This document shows positions 26,537 to 34,350 of a DNA stretch of 34,350 nucleotides, piece after piece. Position 1 is the stretch's first letter. Every line of letters begins with the position of its first letter. Origin of the DNA: an uncultured cyanobacterium (GTDB taxonomy: Bacteria; Cyanobacteriota; Cyanobacteriia; Leptolyngbyales; Leptolyngbyaceae); NCBI GenBank assembly GCA_963766075.1, contig CAVYAN010000027.1, positions 1 to 34,350 of the forward strand, given 5' to 3'. A model generated the notes under the pieces. The model was not told the DNA's origin and did no database searches. It was given only the letters and a program-made list of their open reading frames with translations. The position numbers were made by a program, and so were the translations under genes.

Positions 26537-28450
26537 TCATCCCGTTGCCAGTCCACGCTTTGCTTGCTGGGCGCGGATTCGGTCCAAGCTGCCAATGGGG
26601 ATGGCGGCGATCAGGTCGCGGGTGTATTGCTGCTGGGGGTGGCGATAGATTTGTTCGGCGGGGCCGAATTCTTCGATTTTGCCGCGATTCATGACCAGGA
26701 TGCGATCGCTCATGAACTTGACCACGCTGAGGTCATGGGAAATGAAAATGTAAGTGAGATTAAAGTCGGTTTGCAGTTCCTTGAGCAGGTTCAACACTTG
26801 GGCTTGCACGGAGACATCAAGGGCGGAAACGGATTCGTCACAAATAATGAACTTGGGACGGAGGGCCAGCGATCGAGCAATGCAAATGCGCTGGCGTTGG
26901 CCCCCGGAAAATTCGTGGGGGTAGCGTTTCATGGCGTCGGCGGTGAGGCCCACCCGCTCTAATAAGTAGGCGGTTTGGTCGCGTTGTTCGGCACGACTGG
27001 GGGGCTGCTGGTGAATTTGCATCGGCTCCATAATGGCCTCACCGACGGACAGGCGAGGATCCAGGGCGCTGAAGGGATTTTGAAAGATGATTTGCATTTC
27101 CCGGCGCAGGAGGCGGAGGCGATCGCTGGCCAATGCCGTCACGTCATCCCCATCAAAAATCACCTGTCCCCCCGTGGGTTTAATCAGGTGCAGAATCGCT
27201 CGAGCTAGGGTAGATTTGCCGCAACCGGACTCACCCACAAGTCCCAGGGTTTCACCGGGATAAACGGTAAAGCTTACATCATTGACGGCCATGACGTAGC
27301 CTTTGGCCGCCCCAAGCACGCCCTTGATCGGAAAGGCGACTTGCAGATTCTTGACGGCGAGCAATGGGTTCATTTGCTGCAAATTAACAAGGCGTTGGGT
27401 GAGTTCCGCCTCAGTCACTTCCGTAGCAATTTCTAAGGCGTGGGCTACACCACTTTCGCGTTCTTCAATGATGACGTTCCCGGTGGCATCAGTGGTGACA
27501 GCCATGAAGTCCGAAACGGTGGGCAATAGTTTCAGGCGTTTGTCTAGGCGAGGACGACAGGTGAGCAAGCCTTTGGTGTAGGGATGTTGGGGATTGGCAA
27601 AGATTTGCCACACGGGACCAGATTCAACGATTTTGCCTTGGTACATGACGGCGACATGGTCGGCAATTTCGGCGATGATGCCCAGGTCGTGGGTGATGAA
27701 CATGATCGACATGCCCCGGCGATCGCGCAGGTCCCGCAGCAGATCCAAAATCGTCGCTTGCACCGTCACATCGAGGGCCGTTGTAGGTTCATCGGCAATC
27801 AGCAAAACTGGATCGCAGGAAATCGCCATGGCGATCATCACCCGCTGCATTTGGCCGCCGGACAGCTCGTGGGGATAACGGTTGAGGAAGGCTTTTTTCT
27901 GGCGCAGAATTTGGCGATCAACCTCAGATTCGTTCACAGGTTCCCCGTTGGCCCGCTGGGAATCTTGGGCGTAGCGCTGTTTCAGATCGGCGTCGTGGGG
28001 CAGCACCCGGACTTCTTGGAGCAGGGCGATCGCCGCCAATTCCGCTTGGCTTTTAGAAATGCGCTTATGCAAGCGAATCGCTTCGATAATTTGAAAGCCA
28101 ATCGTATAAACCGGATTCAGGGAACTCATGGGTTCCTGAAAAATCATCGAAATCTCGCCGCCACGATAGTCTTCGAGCCGACGCGGGGTCAACTTTGTCA
28201 GGTCCACGGCCTCGGCTTGATCCGCCAAACTGCGAAACCAGATCTCGCCTTGGGTAATTTTGCCCGTGGCGGGGACGAGGCCCATCACGGCCAGGGAGGT
28301 GATGGATTTGCCAGAACCCGATTCGCCCACAATGCCTAGGGTTTGGCCGCGCTGGACCTCAAAGGAAATGCCATCGACGGCCCGGACCAGGCGGGTATCC
28401 GATTGAAATTGCACTTCGAGGTGGTTGACGCGGAGGACAGGATCGCTCAT
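26537..28450 (-). CDS. Peptide/nickel-type ABC transporter ATP-binding protein with two ATPase domains
   Basis: Two GESGxGKS Walker A motifs, YPHELSGGQ and YPHEFSGGQ signatures, DEPTTALD and DESVSALD. Confidence 0.93.
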   Translation of the reverse strand: MSDPVLRVNHLEVQFQSDTRLVRAVDGISFEVQRGQTLGIVGESGSGKSITSLAVMGLVPATGKITQGEIWFRSLADQAEAVDLTKLTPRRLEDYRGGEISMIFQEPMSSLNPVYTIGFQIIEAIRLHKRISKSQAELAAIALLQEVRVLPHDADLKQRYAQDSQRANGEPVNESEVDRQILRQKKAFLNRYPHELSGGQMQRVMIAMAISCDPVLLIADEPTTALDVTVQATILDLLRDLRDRRGMSIMFITHDLGIIAEIADHVAVMYQGKIVESGPVWQIFANPQHPYTKGLLTCRPRLDKRLKLLPTVSDFMAVTTDATGNVIIEERESGVAHALEIATEVTEAELTQRLVNLQQMNPLLAVKNLQVAFPIKGVLGAAKGYVMAVNDVSFTVYPGETLGLVGESGCGKSTLARAILHLIKPTGGQVIFDGDDVTALASDRLRLLRREMQIIFQNPFSALDPRLSVGEAIMEPMQIHQQPPSRAEQRDQTAYLLERVGLTADAMKRYPHEFSGGQRQRICIARSLALRPKFIICDESVSALDVSVQAQVLNLLKELQTDFNLTYIFISHDLSVVKFMSDRILVMNRGKIEEFGPAEQIYRHPQQQYTRDLIAAIPIGSLDRIRAQQAKRGLATG

Positions 28451-28967
28451 AGGAAGTTCCGACAGGACAAGCAAGATCGGGCAGACAAGACGGGGTAGAC
28501 AAAGCCGGAAAGGGCCAAGGTTCCTGAGATTCTAACAGACTGGCGGCGGGGCGGGATCACTTTTGACCACAGCTTTGCCCTCCCTAAGAGGACGACTGCC
28601 GCAATCGTTGAATCTCGCTCACAGGCAGGCCCGTGGTGGTGGCGATCGCAGCATCGTCTCAGATAGGGAGTAACCCTATACTGGGCTGCGCTATTTGGCC
28701 AGTTGTCGTGAAGGCCAATTCAGAAAATTGATCAACCCCCATGACTCTGCTCAGGGCCAAATAGGTTTCTTGAAGGCAAAGTCAGTCTTGGGGGTGATGA
28801 ACATCCTGGGCCGTGGAGGCGGACTCTGGGTGCGCAGCTATCGCGGCGTACTCCTGCTTGTACCCAGTTCTCATCGAACCGGAGTCGGGCCCTATTCACG
28901 ACGGCGTGAGAGCCGATGGACTCCTGGGCACTCTAGTGGTGATCTTTAGATTTGGGTAGCAGCTACT

Positions 28968-31519
28968 ATGCGTGCGATCTTCTCCCCATCCTGGTTGGCC
29001 ATCACCTTGGGACTCTTTGCTGGATGCGTTGGGTGGGCGGGCGGGCCGGACTCTGGGTGTGGAGCAGCGTTTGCCCAGATCATCCCCGACGGCACGTTAC
29101 CGACCACTGTGACCAGTCCGAATAATTTGGATTTTGCGATCGCGGGCGGCAGTCGTAGCGGTAACAATCTGTTTCATAGTTTCAGTCAATTCTCTGTGCC
29201 GACGGGTGGCGCTGCGGTCTTCAACAACGCTACCAATATCCAAAACATCTTCAGTCGCGTTACCGGAGGGAGTATTTCCAACATCGATGGCGCAATTCGC
29301 GCCAATGGCAGTGCCAATTTATTTTTACTCAATCCCAGTGGCATTCTGTTTGGCCCGAATGCCTCGTTGAATCTTGGCGGGTCGTTCATCGGCACTACTG
29401 CCCATAGTATTAAGTTTGCGGATGGGACGGAGTTCAACGCGACTCAGACCACAGGAATACCCTTGTTGACCATGAGTGTCCCCATGGGTTTGCAGATGGG
29501 CCAAAACCCAGGAGCCATTACCGTGCAAGGACCTGGACATCGCTTGATTGGCGAACTTTTTATCCCCCTCGATCGCAGCCAGGATCCGATCGGGCTACAA
29601 GTTGGAGCGGGCAATACCCTGGCGTTCATTGGTGGTGCAGTCAATTTCTCCGGTGGCGTTGCCACGGTGGCAGGGGGCGGGCATGTAGAAGTTGGGAGTG
29701 TCGGTGCGGGGCAAGTCAGGCTCAATCCCACAGCACAGGGGTGGGTCGGGGATTACTCAGCCGTGGGGCAATTCAATGATATTCATCTGGCGCAGCAATC
29801 GTTACTCGATGCCAGTGGTAGCGGCGGTTCGATCCAAATCCGGGGCCGGAATATCAACTTCACAGAAGGTTCCGCTGCCTTAATCCAAAATTTCGGTGCC
29901 CAACCCTTCGAGGGCATTACCATCAAAGCCACTGAAGCCCTGAATCTAACTGGGAATACACGGGATGGCAGATTGGGAAATCTGATCCGAATTGAGAATT
30001 TAGGCATCGGTCAGACAGGCGATATTACCATTGCGGCGGCCCAACTCTCTCTGCAAAACGGGGGAGATATTCGAGCGACTACTTATACATCTGGCTTCGG
30101 TGGCAATGTTGTAGTAAATGTCGCGGGTTTGATTGAAGCCAATGGGTTTGCACCCCTGAATCCAGGCTTCACGTCTGCCATTGCAGCAGGCACCTATGGG
30201 GCGGGCAACGCCAGTAATCTGACGATTGCAACCGGCAACCTCCGGTTGCTCAATGGCGGGAACATTCTTGCGTTTAGTGTTGGTCAGGGGCAGGCAGGCA
30301 TCATCCGGCTCAATACAACTGACTTAATCGAAATTGTTGGCATTAACCCGATAACATTTGGCGGGAGTGCGATAAATTCCACTGACACTCGGTCCTGGCA
30401 ATGCGAATAACATTTTCATCGATACATCTCGACTGGTGATTCGAGAATCTGGCGTATTGGGGGCTAGTGCTCTGGCTACGGGTTCAGCAGGTAACGTAAC
30501 AGTCAACGCGTCCACATCAGTGGATGTGAGCGGTAGAACCGCTGGATTTCTTCTGCCCAGCCAAATCATTTCAACGGCTCAAATCATCGATTCCATTACT
30601 CAAGCTATCTTTGGGCTACCTGCCGTTCCTACTGGGAATGCGGGCTTTCTCACCATTAATACCCCATCATTACGCATCACCGATGGGGCCGCCGTCACCG
30701 TCAAAAATGATGGTCCTGGCAGTGCGGGGAATGTGACGATTAACGCCGACTCGATTGTCGTGGACAACCGGAGCAGCATTACGGCATCCACTGCCTCTGG
30801 GAATGGTGGGGATATTCGCTTAAACGCTCAAGCAGTGCTGTTAATGCGCCACGGTAGTCTGATTTCTGCCACTGCTGCGGGTGCAGGGGATGGGGGTAAC
30901 CTATTGATGAATGCCCCGGTCATAGTGGGCTTAGAAAACAGCGACATTATTGCCAATGCGGTGAAGGGGCGAGGTGGCACCATTAACATCACCACCCAGG
31001 GCATCTTTGGCCTGAACTATCGCGCTCAGCTCACACCCGAAAATGACATTACGGCCAGTTCAGAATTTGGCGTCAACGGCACGGTTAAGATTACGACTCC
31101 GGGCGTTGATCCCAATGCAGGATTGGTGGCATTACCGCTGAATCTAACCGATTCGAGTCAGCACGTTGCCCAAGGCTGTGCGGGGGAACCAGGGCAGCAG
31201 TTTTGTGATCACGGGGCGGGGCGGGGTGCCGCTGAATCCGATGGAGCAGGTGAGGAGCGATCGCCCTTGGACCGACACCCGCGACCTCTCCGCCTTGCGG
31301 GCCCACGGTGCGCCCACAGCTCAAGCCCCAGCATCAGTATCTCCCACCACGGCACCGCTCGTCCAAGCCACGGGTTGGCGACGGAACGCCAATGGCCAGG
31401 TGGAACTCTATGCCGACATTGGGGCAACGGCTGTCCCAATGCCCCCAGGGGTAACTTGTGCTGAGGCGATCCCCGCTGAAACCTCAAGGTTGAATGTGGG
31501 CTTGAACGTGGGGCCTTAA
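28968..31519 (+). CDS. Filamentous haemagglutinin-family protein, copy 1; frameshifts near 30390 and 31185
   Basis: [38 protein letters not shown]-terminal ENSDIIANA, NDITASSEFG, SSFVITGRGG, LVQATGW. Confidence 0.88.
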
Positions 31520-31606
31520 TTCCCCGTCTGGCGTAGGCCACTGCCGAGTTGAGAAAGACCGCCTCCTGGGCACTCTATCAGTACCCTCTCATCAAGGACT
31601 GCGACC

Positions 31607-34113
31607 ATGCGTAAAATTGTCCCCCTAACCTGCTGCGCTGTCACCACTGGATTATCCATTGGGTTAGTGATGTTATCGGGGGGGCTTTCGCTCAAGTCAT
31701 CCCCGATGGGACTTTACCCACGACTGTGACCAGTCCGAATAATCTGAACTTTGCGATCGCGGGCGGCAGTCGTAGCGGCAACAATCTGTTTCATAGTTTC
31801 AGTCAATTCTCAGTGCCCCTAAATGGCTCTGCCGTCTTCAATAACGCCGCCGATATTCAAAATATCTTCAGTCGGGTCACTGGGGGTAGTGTTTCCCACA
31901 TTGATGGTTTGATTCAAGCCAATGGCACGGCCAATCTATTCTTACTTAATCCTAATGGCATTCTGTTTGGCCCCAATGCGGCATTAAATATTGGCGGTTC
32001 GTTTATCGGTACCACTGCTAATAGCATGTCAAATTTGCCGATGGGGTGGAGTTTAGTGCACTAAATGCGAATGGAACGCCGTTGTTGACAATGAGTGTGC
32101 CGATCAGTTTACAAATGGGGAGCAATCCAGCAGAAATTACGATTCAAGGAGCCGGACATCCACTCGCTCTACCCATTCCCGTCTTCTCACCCTTTATCCC
32201 AACTGGATCAACTTCAGGGATCGGCGTTAACCCTGACAAAACTCTGGCGGTGGCGGCAACATCACCTTGGCAGGCGGCACTATCAGTGCACAACAAGGCC
32301 GAATTGAATTAGGCAGTGTGGCTCAGGGCATCGTTAATCTTAGTCAAATCGACCAAGGTTGGGCCCTTAGTTATGGAGATAACTTACAGTACAGAGATAT
32401 TAGTCTATCTCAAAAAGCCTTGGTGGATACCAGTGGAACCAAGAGTGGGGCAATTCAGGTGCAAGCGCGTAATCTCTCGCTCCATGATGGATCGGTAATT
32501 TTGTCCCAAAATCAGGGATCCCAAACGGGTGGCTCGTTGACAGTCAAAACAACAGACTCGATCAACCTCATTGGCACATCTTCTGATGGACAAATGTATA
32601 GCGGGTTAATTCACCGAAAATCTGAATAGTGGATCAGGTGGCAAGATTACTGTTTCGGACCCAACGATTACTTTTACAAAATGGGGGAAGTATTACGGCT
32701 GCAGCATTTGGAACCGGCAATGGCGGTGATATTGAAGTTCATGCTACCGCATCGATGCAATTAGGCGGGTTGCCACTACCGGGTTCCCTAGATAGTCGAA
32801 TTAATGCTTTAACCTTTAATTCAGGAAAAGCTGGAGATGTGCAAATCTTGACAGGACAATTGCAGCTTCGGGATGGTGGGACAATCAATAGCATTACTTT
32901 TAGTCCTGGTTTTGGGGACACTGGCAAGGTCAACATTAACGCTACAGACGTGATTGATTTAGCCGGTGCTGACCCCGTGACCTTTTCTAAATCCGTGATT
33001 TCAGCCGCAACGTTTGGCGAGGGCAATGCGGATAATTTAGTCATTAACACCCGAACGTTAGTCGTGCGGGATGGGGGAAGAGTGACAACCTCCACCTTTG
33101 CGACTGGAATGCGGGTAACCTATTGATAAACGCAACTGAATCCATCGATATCAGGTGAGTGGTAAGTTTCCAGGATTGATTAACCCGAATTTGCTTGATT
33201 CTTCAATGCCAATATTTTAAGTGAAGTGACTCGCAATTTATTTCGCCTTCCGCCTCAGCCTACGGGGAATTCTGGTAACGTCACGGTTAACACCCCCGAC
33301 TTGAGAGTTAAGGATGGCGGTCTGATTTCGGTTAACAATCAAGGATCTGGAAATTCTGGTCTATTACAGAGTGAGTGCAAATAATGTCTTCTTGGATAAT
33401 CAAGGCGCTTTAACAGCATCAACGTTTTTGGGACAAGGTGGAAATATTCTGATTCAGGCAGACACTTTACTATTGCGGCACAATAGTCGACTGACAGCAA
33501 CAGCGCTCGGAGGACAAGGCAATGGGGGTAATGTTATCATCAATTCTCCGATTATTATCGGATTAGAAAACAGTGACATCATTGCCAATGCTATCCAAGG
33601 CCAGGGGGGTAACATCAGCATCACCACCCAAGGACTCTTTGGCCTCAAGTATCGGGATCAACAGACCCTGGACAACGATATTACCGCCAGCTCCCAATTT
33701 GGCCTCAGTGGCACGGTGGAAATTGCTACTCCGGGCATTGATTCGAATACAGGTTTAGTGGCATTACCCGTTGATATCGTCGATCCAGTCAGAAAATTGC
33801 GCAGAGGTGTGCAGCAAACCAGGGCAGCAGTTTTGTGGTGACGGGACGGGGTGGAATGCCGCTGAATCCAATGGAGCAGGTGAGGAGCGATCGCCCCTGG
33901 ACCGACACCCGCGACCTCTCCGCCTTGCGAGCCCACGGTGCGCCCATGGCTCCAGCCCCAGCATCAATGACTCCCACCCCCGCACCACTCATCCAAGCCA
34001 CGGGTTGGCGACGGAATGCCAAGGGCCAGGTGGAACTCTATGCCGAAACCCAGCCCGCCAGTGGCACAGCGATCGCAGGGGTCACCTGTACCGTGAGTCA
34101 TCAATCCCCGTAA
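31607..34113 (+). pseudogene. Filamentous haemagglutinin-family protein, copy 2; many frameshifts
   Basis: Same N- and C-terminal motifs as copy 1, split across ORFs 31726, 32046, 32267, 32629, 33371 and 33835. Confidence 0.82.
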
Positions 34114-34252
34114 CTGCCAAGCGCCCTCGCTCCTAGGGCTGCCCCAACGCAATGTACCCCGACGCAAACCATTGACTGAAATCGCGAATAAAAGAAATGG
34201 CATAATGGAGGCACAAGCGAAAACAACTCTGGAAGCGATCGCCCATCCCCCT

Positions 34253-34350
34253 ATGAGCCTCCTCACCCTCGATGTAAAATCTGTCCAGTTGACCGATGGG
34301 CAATTCGAGCAGCTCTGTCAGCACAACACCAACTGGAAAATTGAACAAAC
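34253..34350 (+). CDS. Uma2-family endonuclease, 5' part (runs off the window)
   Basis: MSLLTLDVKSVQLTDGQFEQLCQHNTNWKIEQ resembles the cyanobacterial Uma2 N-terminus. Confidence 0.6.
   Translation, partial: MSLLTLDVKSVQLTDGQFEQLCQHNTNWKIEQ

Noticed and set aside
28968..34113. Programmed frameshifting or phase variation in the FHA genes, and likewise at 1390, 14450 and 22965
   Set aside because: The indels are scattered, often in short homopolymers, and denser toward the window end, which fits long-read error or decay better; raw reads are needed.

Overview
Cyanobacterial chromosomal DNA: the HIP1 octamer GCGATCGC is abundant and the gene set (rre1/ycf29-type regulator, long-form thiE, ftsH, FHA-family proteins) is typical. 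Housekeeping genes occupy about 1-16.2 kb and 24-34.3 kb. Between them (about 16.3-24.0 kb) lies a mosaic defence/toxin-antitoxin island. Its centrepiece is a complete, AT-rich retron of the Ec67/Eco2 type on the minus strand: an RT-TOPRIM fusion (17833-19596) plus a readable msr-msd ncRNA (19622-19752) with a1/a2 arms, a branching G and a predicted msDNA of about 72 nt. The retron sits between the 5' and 3' halves of a broken NACHT-type gene. The rest of the island is built from further 5' or 3' remnants of the same gene family, each followed by TA cargo (BrnTA, two DUF433/DUF5615 pairs, DUF2281/VapC, ParD/truncated ParE, a UPF0175 remnant). Two breakpoints fall on HIP1 sites. Two small MITE-like elements with terminal inverted repeats and target duplications lie just upstream of the retron; one has IS50/Tn5-like 19-bp ends. 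Several frameshifts, many in homopolymers, may be sequencing errors. All family assignments come from motif recognition by eye; no searches were run.
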